The translations under genes were made by a program, and so were the position numbers. Shown piece after piece: positions 29,718-41,200 of a DNA stretch of 64,000 nucleotides. Source of the stretch: an uncultured Nitrososphaerota archaeon (GTDB lineage Archaea; Thermoproteota; Nitrososphaeria; Conexivisphaerales; DTJL01); contig CAWJIE010000002.1 in the NCBI GenBank assembly GCA_963842885.1, positions 32,001 to 96,000 on the forward strand, given 5' to 3'. Every line of letters starts with the position of its first letter. Positions within the stretch are counted from its first letter, which is position 1. The notes beneath the pieces were generated by a model. That model was not told where the DNA came from. It did not search any database and saw only the letters and a program-made list of their open reading frames with translations.

Positions 29718-30278
29718 ATGGCGAAAGCGTCGAAAGAACCGGGGTTGTCCCCCCAGATAAGGCGATGTCAACCCAGAGATGCAGAAGCTTTCCTAAGACT
29801 GGAGGCAATCTGCTTTGAAATGCGTTATCGAAATGAAGTACTGTACTACTGGCGTCCCGTCTTTGATTATGGCTGGATATTCAAGGTCATTTGTGGCGGC
29901 AGGATTGTGGGGGGAGTGATGGCGATGCCGACAAGACAGGGAATGATCTACATCAACTCCTTGTTTGTCCATCCACTCTTCAGGAATCGGGGGATAGCCA
30001 GGAGGCTTCTCAAGAAGGTCCTCATGCTCAGGACGCCCAAGGGCTTCGTACTCGACGTGAAGACAGAGAAGCGATACCTGATAGCGTTTTATGAGAAGGA
30101 AGGCTTTCGAATAGCGCGGAAGGAGGCCAACTACTACCTCGATGGTTCCTCCAGGGTAATCTTGATTAAGGATTCGCAGGAGCAGGTGTCCGTCAGCTCA
30201 ATCTTGAAACACTCATTATCGTCGCAGCATGAGCGAGTCCACAGCCTCGAAGCGTCCTGCAAACAGCCCTCGACATAG
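29718..30278 (+). CDS. GNAT (RimI-like) N-acetyltransferase
   Basis: Motifs VHPLFRNRGIA, FYEKEGF and NYY. Confidence 0.85.
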   Translation: MAKASKEPGLSPQIRRCQPRDAEAFLRLEAICFEMRYRNEVLYYWRPVFDYGWIFKVICGGRIVGGVMAMPTRQGMIYINSLFVHPLFRNRGIARRLLKKVLMLRTPKGFVLDVKTEKRYLIAFYEKEGFRIARKEANYYLDGSSRVILIKDSQEQVSVSSILKHSLSSQHERVHSLEASCKQPST

Positions 30279-30418
30279 CTCTAGGGCATCTCATCTGGAA
30301 GGGATGGGCAAGAAGGCAGCCGTCGAAAAGAAGGAGGTATGAAAGCCTCTACCACTGGGAATGTTTCTTCAGCCGAGGTGAACGTTAAAGAACTGGAGCC
30401 GAAGATATCTGGTTCGGG

Positions 30419-31057
30419 ATGAAGCAGCGAACGGGAATACCGGCCCGTATCCAATCCTTGGTTCTCTCGGCGAACAATCACACCTGCTGCATATGCAGGG
30501 AACGCGACCGACCCGTCAACCTTCACCACATAGACGGGAATCCCGCGAACAGTGAGCCTTCGAACCTCGCTGTTGTTTGCATGAACTGTCACAGCAAGGT
30601 TACCGGCAAGCAGGGCCTTGGCAAGGCCTTCCTAGCAGATGAGGTTAGGGCCTACAAGAGGGGTTGGGAGGAGTACGTCAGGGCTCTAAAAGGCGATTTC
30701 GCATCTCCAAAGAGGATACTGAAAGGTGTTGAATCGCGGCTTGTCGAGTTTGACATACGCAAACAGGTCTATGAATTGGAAATCGAAGAGGACCCGAAGA
30801 GGATTCAGGCGATTCTCAGCCTCCTGTTCCTGTACGCCTTAGAAGAGCGCTTTGCTACCTACATCGTCAAGCAGATTCATGAGCAAGTATTCGGGATCAC
30901 CACGAAACATGACAGCGTGAGAGCGCGGCTGGTCGTGCAGTACCTTCCAATGTTCTTCGCCGGCCTCCCCTTCCCCGATCGCTATCCTTCTGAGCCTGAT
31001 GCAGAGACGGGCCTGATCTTATGCCATCGATACGATGCACCCCTTCGCGCTGTGTGA
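30419..31057 (+). CDS. HNH endonuclease-domain protein (C-terminus may continue to 31290 via a frameshift)
   Basis: CCIC...HHIDGNPAN...NLAVVCMNCH. Confidence 0.8.
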   Translation: MKQRTGIPARIQSLVLSANNHTCCICRERDRPVNLHHIDGNPANSEPSNLAVVCMNCHSKVTGKQGLGKAFLADEVRAYKRGWEEYVRALKGDFASPKRILKGVESRLVEFDIRKQVYELEIEEDPKRIQAILSLLFLYALEERFATYIVKQIHEQVFGITTKHDSVRARLVVQYLPMFFAGLPFPDRYPSEPDAETGLILCHRYDAPLRAV

Positions 31058-31279
31058 GCGTCAGGGCTGGTAGTCTGGAGACTCCGTTCAGAGGGCATGC
31101 ATTGAGGCGTTGCGCGAGATCTGGCTTCGCCCGTAGCTCTCACATGAAGAAGGCCGAAGAAGACTCACTGAAGGCCATTGCCAGCATCGGCGAGACGACT
31201 CAATCGGAGGAAGTGCGAAGACTCTCCGCCAAGTGCCTTGAGGACCTTAAGGCCGCGAACTCCGGGCCCGCCTCCCATC

Positions 31280-31459
31280 TCAGCCCTTGAAGTGCTTTGG
31301 CTTCTCCAGCCAGCCGAGGTCCTTCAGGAAGTAAACCGCCGCGGCCCTCATGGCGTCGGCCTTCGACGCGAACAGCCCCGCCTCCACGACGGCCGCGAGC
31401 ATTTCGTCCAGCTGCTCCGTGACTGTGACTCTGACCTCGGATGCGCAAGCCTCAGACAT
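31280..31459 (-). CDS. Ribbon-helix-helix (CopG/Arc/MetJ) protein, 59 aa
   Basis: Manual translation MSEACASEVRVTVTEQLDEMLAAVVEAGLFASKADAMRAA; below the ORF-track cutoff. Confidence 0.7.
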   Translation of the reverse strand: MSEACASEVRVTVTEQLDEMLAAVVEAGLFASKADAMRAAAVYFLKDLGWLEKPKHFKG

Positions 31460-31504
31460 GACGGCCTGTTGGGGTCCTTGTAGCCCGTTCGTAGACGGCG
31501 TCTT

Positions 31505-33447
31505 TCATGCCGGAAGTCCCCGGGCCTGCATCTCGGCGATGACGTTGTTCTTGGCCGTCTCCACGACCTTCTCCGCCTGCTGGGCCTTGGCCAAGTATTC
31601 CGACAACTCCTCCGGGGACATATCCTTGACGGTCTTCTCATGGCTTTCCTGGGCCTGCCGCGGGCCCTGCTGTGGGGCTCCGCTCCTGGCGACGCCGTGC
31701 TTGAAGCCGTCGCCGAAGCCCTCGGCCAGCGGCTTCCCGACTTTTTCGATTCCTTCCCTCACGGTTTTCCCTAACTCGGTCAGCTGCTCCCTGGCATACT
31801 TCTGGTCGGCCTGCTTCTGCTTCTGCTCCCAAATCCAGCGGGTGAGCTCGTCGTCGTGCGTCTTCGCCCACTTCTTGAAGTCCAGGTCGATCTTGGCGAC
31901 CTCCAGGTTTTCGGGGTTCTTCTCGCCGCCCATTATCCCCAGGCCCTTGAGCTTGCCGACCATCTCGACGGCGTAGCTAAAGGGGTCATTCCCCTGGAGC
32001 TCCCGGATCGACTGCCGGAGGTCCGCCATCGCCTGGGAGTCCCTCTCCTTCACCGTGGCCAGGAGGGTGTCGACTATCTTGCTCTCGCCCGTGTTCGCCT
32101 GCGGCTTCATAACCTCGGCGACGGCCTTCACCACTTCGACGGCCTCAGAGGTCTTGGTCCCTCCCTGCTGGGGCTGGACCATCATGGGGCTCCAGTAGCC
32201 GGTGGTCTTCATCATGGGCCGGCCGAACTGGTCCAGGACGGGCTTGCCTTGCTCGTCCAGGATGGGCTCCTGCAACGGGAAGGCGCCGTAGGGTCCGGCC
32301 ACCCCTCCCGCCTCCATCCATGCCGTCGATTTCATCAGCATATTCATCATGGCCATCTTCCCCATGTTCTCCATCATCTTGTCGCAGGCGTCCCCGCCCT
32401 TGGGCCCTGCGACCTGCTGGTAGGTGATGGTTCTGCGGACGACGGGCTGCTTTGTGTCGGGATCGGTTATTTGCTTCCCCTTCTCGTCCAGGAGGGGCTC
32501 CTCGTCGATTACCGCCGGCAGCACCCTCGCGTCCCCGGCGCCGAACTGCCCCTCATCTTTGAAGATCTGCTTGACTATGACGGCTTCCTTGGCCTGCTCC
32601 ATCAGGGAGGGCTTCTCGGGCTGGGTCTTGGTCAGCTGGGCCCTCAGGTCCGCTAGTTCCTTCCATGCCTCCCCTCCATCTCCTTGATGCGCCGGTCCGC
32701 CCGTTCCTCCTCCTTGGCCCGTCTCTGCTCTTCGCGCATCTCCTTGAGGAGCTGCAGCACGGCTACGTCCTGGCCCGAGCCCTGCCCGGCGGTTCTCAGG
32801 CGCAGGACCTGGTCGATCTCCATCTCCTTCTGCATATATTCGTTCATCCAGTCGCCGGAATCAGCCTCATTGTGCCCGTCCTTGTGCGCCTGTTTCTCGA
32901 AGAGAGCCACCAAACCGGGCAAGGCTTCCGGCTTGAGGTCTCTTATCACCCTCTCGGACGCGACGAAGGCCCGCTGGTTTGAAAGCCCGGCTCCCGTCAG
33001 CAAGGGGTAGATTTGCAACGGGTTGTTTTCGTAATACTCCGGGTGAGTGTCTATCTCCGCCAACACGGGGCCCACCAACGATCTGTTGACGCCTGATATC
33101 GTCCTCAGGTGAGTGTTCAGGATGGATGATATGTCACTCTGCGGCTCGTATTTGGACTCCTTCTTCTCTTCGCGTTGCCCCTCGGAGTCGACCTTAGCCG
33201 TGACCGGCCCAGAGAACGTTCCGGCATCCCTTCCCCCGCTGTCACCCCGAATCCACGTGTTGAGGACCCTCGGATTCACCTTCAGTGCGCGGCTGGTCTC
33301 GTTCCTCTTGTATGCCTCGCCGTCCAGTACGATTGCTACCTCCCGGGTGGACTTTCCTTCGCGGCGTAGTTCCCGAACCCGCTCCTCCACAGCCTTTCTC
33401 CTCTCGCTTTCGGACGGTCCTGTTCTGTGCACCCTCTTCCCCGTCAC
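31505..33447 (-). CDS. Large hypothetical protein (N-terminal HTH-like, coiled coils), probably one gene with a frameshift near 32665
   Basis: ORF 32653-33447 joins the 31505-32602 frame (EAWKELADLRAQLTKTQPEKPSLMEQ) at a G-rich run. Confidence 0.6.
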
Positions 33448-33771
33448 CCTTCACCTACCTGAAAACGCGAGTGTGTGGCGCCCAAATCGGGAATAGAGGG
33501 CCGAAACCTCAGTCGCAGTCCTCTCCGTCACCGCGCCAATTCTCTTTGGCAAGCGGGTGGGACAATAGCTGCGGTTTCCCGCATTCCTCGCCTTCGAAAT
33601 CGCAGGCCACAGGAGTTTGACGCCCACCTTCATCCGCTCCTGGAGAGATACTTCCCCCGAACCGGAAGGCCCATCGCCTGCCTCCTTCAAACCGACGATT
33701 TGTAAACCCAGAATCTTTCTATGGATGTTCACGACCTGGGGAGCGGATAGGGTTAATAAATAGGGCTTGAG

Positions 33772-34101
33772 TTGTCGCAAGTTGTCACAACTTTGCGAAT
33801 CACCGTTCGAAAAGTCAGGGGTTCCAGGGAAGCCAGTGAGATGGAGGCCTCGGAAGCGTTTGACAAGCTGCCTGCAGCATACGACTATTCTCCGAGCGGT
33901 CTGTCTAGAAGCTTGGGAATGAACCGAAAAGTGATCAAAAGAGAGCTTGAACGCAAGGTGAAAGAGGGAAATTGGGAGAGGAGATTGCTGGCACGCCCTG
34001 ACGCCAAGAATGCTGGGCAGTTCCTGCGATCGCGAAGCCCTAGAATGGTAACGTACGGAGTACACTACCGCAAGAAGGAGCTTATCTCGCACAAGGACTA
34101 G
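33772..34101 (+). CDS. Small basic hypothetical protein, possible wHTH
   Basis: SPSGLSRSLGMNRKVIKRELE has an HTH-like pattern. Confidence 0.45.
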   Translation: MSQVVTTLRITVRKVRGSREASEMEASEAFDKLPAAYDYSPSGLSRSLGMNRKVIKRELERKVKEGNWERRLLARPDAKNAGQFLRSRSPRMVTYGVHYRKKELISHKD

Positions 34102-34734
34102 GGCAATGGGAACTTCTCCCGCATATCCAGGAAGCGTCTTCTGCTGGGACTCCCGTGGTCAAGGGATCACACAGGCAACCTCCGAACCGAATGCCCCCGG
34201 TCAAAGGAGGTAGCTCTTTAGAACGGCTAAAGGCGGACTCAGTATCGTCCAACCTGCAATGAGCGACTCGTCTGAGAAACAGCGAGGACGCAAGCCCTTG
34301 AGCCCAAGGTATCCCGACATTTGCCGTCGCGATCAACGATAGTCTGACAATGCTCAGATATCGAACCTACCACTATGCCCCTATGGAGGAGTCTATGAGC
34401 TGTCTGGAAGCAGACTGTACTGCCAGACACCTAGACATCGGGAGAAGTCCACAAGAAGTCTATGACGAAATACAGTTGCAGGTCTAGGGTGGACCTTGTT
34501 TCGGTCCTCACAGACTCGCCACAGTGCAAGCCTGAGTCCATCCGGGTCTTGGCTACTGGTCTAGCAAGGTCTGATGCATATAGTTAGCTTGGTCGAAGAA
34601 GTCTACATAGCAACACGGCGAACTGACCTGGGAAAGACCGTGACAAGATGCCATCGCGAATGTCAGGCGTTTCCCCCCGTAGCGAAACGAAGCTGGCCCA
34701 GAGCAGCCTCATTGCCGAAAGCGGGGCGTGGACC

Positions 34735-35808
34735 CTACGGCAGTTTCTCTTCCAGTATCCTGACGATCCTCTCCGCGGCGTGGCCGTCCCCGAAGGGCTG
34801 CGTCCAATCCCTCCTCCTCTCCATCATCATGGAGGCCGCCCTCGCTATCCCCTCGGGCTCCACCCCGGCCACGACGTTGGCCCCAACCTCCACCGTCTCC
34901 GGCCTCTCCGTGTTCTCCCTGATGGTGACGCAGGGGACCTTCAGAATGCAGGCCTCCTCCTGGACGCCGCCGGAGTCGGTGAGGATCAGCCGGGCCTCGC
35001 TCTCCAGCTTCAGGAAGGAGAAGTAGTCCAGGGGCTCGACGACCTGGGTCCCTTCCGGGGGCTCAATGCCGTGCTCCCTGCACCTGCTCCTCGTCCTGGG
35101 ATGCATGGGGTAGACTATCTTCACCCCCAGCTTGGAGTGGACGAGCTCCAGCCCCCTGAAGATGCCCTTCAGCCTGGCGGGGTCGTCGACGTTCTCCTCC
35201 CTGTGGAGCGTGCAGAGGAGGTGGGGGCCGAAGTCGGCGACCTCCTTGCTTATGCTTTCCTTGGCCAGCTTCAGGTTCTGCTGGAGGGCGTCGACGATGG
35301 TGTTCCCCGTGACGAAGACCCTCTCCTCCGGTATCCCCTCCCTCAGCAGGTTCCTCCGGGCGCCCTCGGTGGGGGCGAAGAGGTAGTCCGAGACGTGGTC
35401 GGCCACCGTCCGGTTGATCTCCTCCGGCATCCTCCTGTCGAAGCTCCTCAGCCCGGCCTCCACGTGGCCCACCCTGATGTGGAGCTTGGCGGCGGCCAGC
35501 GCCCCGGCCAGGACGGTGTTCGTGTCCCCCTCGACCAGGACGACGTCGGGCCTCTCCTTCATGAGCACCTCCTCTATGCCGATGAGCATCTTGCCGGTCT
35601 CCTCGGCGTGGGTCCCCGAGCCCACCCCCAGGTTGTACTTCGGCTGGGGGAGCTTCAGCCCCTCGAGGAAGACGGCGTCCATGTCGCGGGTGTAGTGCTG
35701 CCCGGTGTGGAGGATGAAGTAGCTCCCTTCCTGGCGCTCCAGCTCCCGTATGATCGGGGACATCTTGATGATTTCGGGCCTGGTGCCCAGGATGATGGAG
35801 ATTCGCAT
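34735..35808 (-). CDS. wecB: UDP-N-acetylglucosamine 2-epimerase (non-hydrolysing)
   Basis: Motifs GTRPEIIK, HTGQHY, GHVEAGLRS, TDSGGVQEEA and FGDG. Confidence 0.96.
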   Translation of the reverse strand: MRISIILGTRPEIIKMSPIIRELERQEGSYFILHTGQHYTRDMDAVFLEGLKLPQPKYNLGVGSGTHAEETGKMLIGIEEVLMKERPDVVLVEGDTNTVLAGALAAAKLHIRVGHVEAGLRSFDRRMPEEINRTVADHVSDYLFAPTEGARRNLLREGIPEERVFVTGNTIVDALQQNLKLAKESISKEVADFGPHLLCTLHREENVDDPARLKGIFRGLELVHSKLGVKIVYPMHPRTRSRCREHGIEPPEGTQVVEPLDYFSFLKLESEARLILTDSGGVQEEACILKVPCVTIRENTERPETVEVGANVVAGVEPEGIARAASMMMERRRDWTQPFGDGHAAERIVRILEEKLP

Positions 35809-36145
35809 TTCCTCTACGAACATGTGCACTAGCGAAGGGTTTCTTATATCTCTACAAATGGCCTCCAACAGGCATCCAGCCATACGCGTGCTACGGCCGA
35901 CGGTCTCTCACTAGGACGGGTTCTGTAGAGAAGGTGGGGAGGAGCGAATCCTCTGGCAATCGGCTCAAGTGACCAACCGACGAAAGAGCACCTTATGGCA
36001 GGCCAAGTGTCACCGCTACTCTCTTGGCGGCCGTGGGGGCGATCCTCGCCATCATCCTGGGGGCTTTTTGTAGCACCGCAGTGGCGTGGAGGTTCGTCGG
36101 ACAAAGGCTGGGGACGAACGTCAGATTCTCGAGGATGTGGAAGCA

Positions 36146-37006
36146 TTACCCGGCCTTCGGTTTTGGCGGCCCCCAGTCGTCGTACAAAGGATCTTGCATG
36201 CTTCCGCCGCTCCATTTTGCGGCTGAACGACGAGGTTCACTTTTTGGCTTTGCGACAATGAGAAGATTAGCGTCACCCTTAGCAAGGCTGGGTTCTGCCA
36301 AATGAAATAGAATGAACATCCAAACATGAACTAACGAAGAAAGAACCAGCCTAAACAAGAGGTGCCTTCGGTCAGCTCTGAAATTGGCTGGGGCCAAAGA
36401 GAAAATCCTCCAGGTACTCATTCTCAACCATTTCCTACTCGAGACGGCCTCCAGACCATTTTGCGAGAGCAGATCGACCAATTGCTCTAGCGTATAGTGT
36501 CTCACATGTTCCCTGATTCCTTGTTCGAGAGGGATTCTGCTCGCGTTGGGGGTAGTGATGAGAATCCGACAGTCTGTCGTTGCCACCCTAGCCATTTCCC
36601 TTGCGGCCAGATGGTCATCCCGAAGGTGCTCAATCACTTCAGTGCAGACTATGACTTCGGCGACACCACCTCTTAGCGGGAGCCACTCGGCGCTCGCCAT
36701 TATGGAGTTCAAACCGCAACGACGTAGCTGACGTGTTATCTCTGGCGTGAAGCCCATGCTCCCCACTGACGGTATATCCAAGGCGATAATGTTGCTCGAG
36801 TGGATGTATCTTGTAAACGAAGCGGGGCCCGCCCCGACATCAAGAATCACGGCGTCAGCTCTAGTTCCCTGCAATTCTCTTCGCAGAGCATGTCTAACAG
36901 AATAGTTGAACTGAGAGTCAAGGAAAACCTCCTGGAATAGTTCATGACCATACGAAAGGTCGTAGAGAGTATTGAGCAATCTATCAGTGCAAGTCATACC
37001 GTTCAC
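36146..37006 (-). CDS. Class I SAM-dependent methyltransferase
   Basis: Motifs ILDVGAG, TEVIEHL, ITTPN and HVRHY. Confidence 0.82.
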   Translation of the reverse strand: MNGMTCTDRLLNTLYDLSYGHELFQEVFLDSQFNYSVRHALRRELQGTRADAVILDVGAGPASFTRYIHSSNIIALDIPSVGSMGFTPEITRQLRRCGLNSIMASAEWLPLRGGVAEVIVCTEVIEHLRDDHLAAREMARVATTDCRILITTPNASRIPLEQGIREHVRHYTLEQLVDLLSQNGLEAVSSRKWLRMSTWRIFSLAPANFRADRRHLLFRLVLSSLVHVWMFILFHLAEPSLAKGDANLLIVAKPKSEPRRSAAKWSGGSMQDPLYDDWGPPKPKAG

Positions 37007-37010
37007 AACC

Positions 37011-37156
37011 GACGTTGGCGCCCCCCTCCATCATCTCAGGCCTCTACATGTTCTCCCTTATGGTCACGCAGGGAACCTTCAATACACAGGTCTCCTCCTG
37101 GACGCCCCCAGAGTCCGTGAGGATGAGCTAGGCCTTGCTCCAAATTTAGGAAGGAG
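37011..37156 (-). pseudogene. wecB: Degenerate internal fragment of a second wecB
   Basis: LILTDSGGVQEETCVLKVPCVTIRENM*RPE; homologous to 34873-35020. Confidence 0.8.
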
Positions 37157-37190
37157 GTGACCACACAGAGCATATTGCACTTAACACGTA

Positions 37191-38192
37191 CTAGTGACTC
37201 ATCTTGTATTCGATGATCCGGTCCACAGAATCCGCCGGTCGAAGAAAGCTGACAAGACCCAATTCTTCCTTCGCTCTACTAACATCGATAGTCATTTTCT
37301 CTTTGTCAGATAAATCAAACATTTGAGGAAGTCCCTTGTCAACTACTTTAACGACGGGGCTGAGCCTGTTGTCGGAATGTTTCGAAATCGAGTTGGAGAC
37401 TATGTTAGCAAGCTCAATGATTGTAATGGGTTCAGGGCAGTAGACGTTGAATATGTGATGGAAGTCCAAGGCACTTCCTCTACTCGCGCCCCCAAGAATC
37501 TTGTCGGCAAATGATTCAAACGCTGTACAGACATCTTGGATGTCAACATAGAGCATGGGCCTATGCATGCTATGCTTGAAAGGCGTGAGTGTCTCCCCTT
37601 TCAAACCTCTATCTATGAAGGTATTCGCAGCAGTCACTTCTGGCATGCCTATTCCTAAGACAGTGCCCATCCTGATTATCCCAAAGACCTTGTCAGACAT
37701 TGCATCATAATAACGCACAATAGACTCTTGCGCAATCTTGGAGAGGGTGTAAAGCTTTGCCCTATCCTCCACTTTATCCGGCCTGAATCCAAACTCCTCA
37801 TTGACTGTCCCTGAAATGTCGCGCTCGCCAATGGTGTGCCATGAACTTGTCAGAATCAGGCCGCTCCCTTTCGACTCGGACACAGCCCTGCAGACATTCT
37901 GTGTGCCAATGAGATTGACCTCGTATCCCAGCTTCGCCTCGGAGTTGATTCTAGGTATCTGAATGACTGCTGTATGGATTATCAGGCCCGAGTCGGAAAT
38001 GCAATCTCGAACTGCTTCGTAGTCACGGATGTCACATTTTCTGAAGACGCAGTTACCTTGCCCAAGGTCCCAGCTCGGTTCTACGATATCTAGTATTACC
38101 ACCTTGTGGTGTTTGCTGAAGTGCCGTGCAAGCTCGCCACCAACGTAGCCTGCTCCACCTACCACCCCAATGCTCCATTCATTCGGCTCCAC
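37191..38192 (-). CDS. NAD-dependent epimerase/dehydratase
   Basis: GGAGYVG and YxxxK (YTLSK). Confidence 0.88.
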   Translation of the reverse strand: MEPNEWSIGVVGGAGYVGGELARHFSKHHKVVILDIVEPSWDLGQGNCVFRKCDIRDYEAVRDCISDSGLIIHTAVIQIPRINSEAKLGYEVNLIGTQNVCRAVSESKGSGLILTSSWHTIGERDISGTVNEEFGFRPDKVEDRAKLYTLSKIAQESIVRYYDAMSDKVFGIIRMGTVLGIGMPEVTAANTFIDRGLKGETLTPFKHSMHRPMLYVDIQDVCTAFESFADKILGGASRGSALDFHHIFNVYCPEPITIIELANIVSNSISKHSDNRLSPVVKVVDKGLPQMFDLSDKEKMTIDVSRAKEELGLVSFLRPADSVDRIIEYKMSH

Positions 38193-38230
38193 ATCAAATC
38201 ACCAATTCATTCACCGACCGAATTGAGCTA

Positions 38231-41200
38231 TTAGCTCTTCCGGCGGGCGATTACCAAGTATGCGACCACCATAACGGCCATCAGGAACAGGGGATTAAGC
38301 AAAGCAGTTTCCCATGGAACCAAGTAGTCATTGTATGGAGTAGCGTTGTAAGCAACTTGATACCGCCCACTGAATTTCATGTCTGTTGAAAGTACGTATG
38401 TTTGATCAGCACCCAAGAGTCTTATGCTGACATTCCCTTCAATCGTGACGGTCTTCCATGGGCTATAGATAGTGTAAGGCCATGTCAAGAATGAATCGTT
38501 CAGTACTAAACTGCCCCTCGCTTCTACGAAAGGAGCCTTCAGATAAACTTGATTTGCGAGAGAACTTAGTTTGAACGAAACTGTGCCGTTAGTAATAACG
38601 GCACTCACTTCATTGCCTCCACTAGTGTCGATTTCGACTAAAAGTGCTGACCCGCCGCCAAGGTCCAGCCTGAGCAAGGTGTCATTCGTGAAACTGACTC
38701 CGACGTACTCGTCAATCCCTGGGGGCTCTAGAGAAAAAGAGGAACCGAGCAGACTGACATTGACATCGCCTAGGACTTCATATGAAAGCAAGCGGCCTTC
38801 CAAGAGGCCGCCAACCGACGAGGTTTCATTTCCGGAAAGAAATCGAACGTCGCTAGAAGAAGCGTCCATAGTGATTTCGAGTGGATTGGAAAGGAGAGCG
38901 GCACCCGCTGGATCATTGACCAATGCGATCGCGTTAAGTCTCATGACAGCAGAGCCACCTGCGGCATCGGAGTGGCCGGTCCAGTAGATGCTCTTGATCA
39001 CCCCGAAATTAAACCCAGTCAAATCGAAGACAAGCTGTTCTTCACTATGACCATTCACTGTTTCGGGCGTCCATCCTCGCAGCACATATGTTCCAGTATC
39101 GGTCGTAAGTCGCAAGAAACCGAACGTGTAATTCCCAACTTGGATGGATTCGTCGATGTAGAGGTATTTGGCGCTGACATTGGGAACCGCCAGAGAAACA
39201 TACTGCCATACGTTGCTCGCCGAGGCGTTCAGTACAACAGTGACCCCGTTATTGCTGGGTGTTTCTACTGCCGTACTGAAAGTCGCATTTAGAGTGGAGA
39301 AACTCCATCCAGAGCTGAGATTGGTGTCGTCCCATATGATAGTAGAAGATGCTTTGGGGTCGGCGCCGGGAATGTACATTGAGCTAGCCGAGATGCTGAC
39401 ATTGCCCACTGCAGTCAGGTCCCCTTCTGTCAGAATGACTCCTGAATGTGCCTGAGCTGAATCCGTCTGCGGCAGGCCTTCAAAAAGAATCGACAGGTAC
39501 TCGCGGGCATAGGAAGGCAGTGAGAGGCTGCTGTTCGCCAAGTCACCGCCCAGCAGAGCAGCCAATTCGAGAACTGTCACAGAAGTGTTTCCAAGCTCCC
39601 CCGCGAAGACCAGAGGAGAGCCCATTGCGCCCGATTCGGTAGAATAGCCCAGTATCCGGGTAGTCGTGTTGGACGCTTCGAAGATGGGCACTTTAATATC
39701 TCCTGCTGTGTCAACAGACTTGTTCGCGAGCACCAAAGTGTTTGATAGTGTCACGTTAGGGAGGGAATCGATTCCGAGATAGTTCGAGATCAACCCGCCA
39801 GATAGGTCAGTCTCAAGAACGATAACCTGCTGGCTTGAGCTTTCGAGTCTTTGAACAATAGTATTCTCAATCGCAGAATCGGTGTTAATGTCACCCACCA
39901 GAACAACGTTCCGCTGCGAAGGCAGAACATTCGAGCTTTCCGTAGTATAATCGAGCCCAAGAGTAGATACTATTCCTAAGACTTCCTGAATCAATTTGGT
40001 GTCTTCGTTCGAAACCACAATCGATGTTGCGGCAGAATCTGACGGCGGTGCAAAATGGGGCACACTCAGTATGGTTGCGGAACTGCTAGAATAGAGAACT
40101 GAAGAGAAAGAGGCTGCCCAATCCGGCAGACTGCTGTACTGGGAGTTCTCTCCATCCAGGAGAACGTATCTGTAAGGGGAATCGCCATATTCGACAAATG
40201 AGTTGTATGTCAAGAAGCTGGCCAGACACGACATGCAAGATGTCTGCATCAGGAAATCGCCATAATAGTAGTCCGGGTTCAGCCGTGTGAAATCCTCGAT
40301 TAGCGGGAAGGACGCGAGCGTCGATGCTACCGTAGAAGAAGGTTCACCGGTGTTCTTGAGAAAATCCAAAGCGTCCAGTTGCCCTGCAGTCAGGAGGGAT
40401 TGCGGGCTGGAGCGACCTACAATCTCATAGGTTTTGGAGGCCATACCTACAACTAGAAGAACTGCGATAAACGTGAATGCCAAGCCTCGTGCAACGAAGC
40501 CAGAAAAGTTGCTATGGAGCACTTCAAGAACAACCGCGAATAGAAACCCCACCATAACGGAAATGCCCACCCACATAAATTCGCCGGGAATTCTGTCCGC
40601 AGGGTAAAAGGGCAAGGAAGTCGCCCCCAAATAGGTATTGACCCTCTCAACCAAGAACGCTAGTAAGACTATGGCCCACGATATCGAAAACGCACTTTTT
40701 GCGACGCCTAGTTTCCCGTCTTTGAACGAGATTGAAATGATGAAGAGGAACAAAGGCAATCCCAAGGTCACGGGATATAGGAACCAAGGGAATTCAAGAC
40801 CGAGCACAGCTACATATTCCTCCCTAGGGACAGCCCACCATAAACTAAGCCCAAGGGCCAAGCAGGAGATGAGTAGGATGACAATCCAGTCGCGGAGGCG
40901 GAATACTGTCGCAGCCACTCTGTCGACAGCCCGGTGCATTTTGTCGAGATGAACTCCAAGTTGCGCCTCTATAAGCAAGTAAGCCATAGATGCATAGAGC
41001 GCTAAATACTCTATAGAAAAAGGAGAAGCTAATATGTATACTCTCTGGGGGGCAACGAGGTCCACCCCAAGCACAAACAGGAGGCCCAAAATCAGAGAAT
41101 AGACGAAGAGTCCGACGTTAGCAACTTTGTCTCTGTAGACGAATACGAGTAGCACTACTAGGAATACCAGTACAAGCGCTTCTGCCTCATGAGTCAGGAA

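Noticed and set aside
34100-34230. RNase P RNA-like start (GGAACTTCTCCC)
   Set aside because: No downstream conserved P4 partner or other conserved regions were found.
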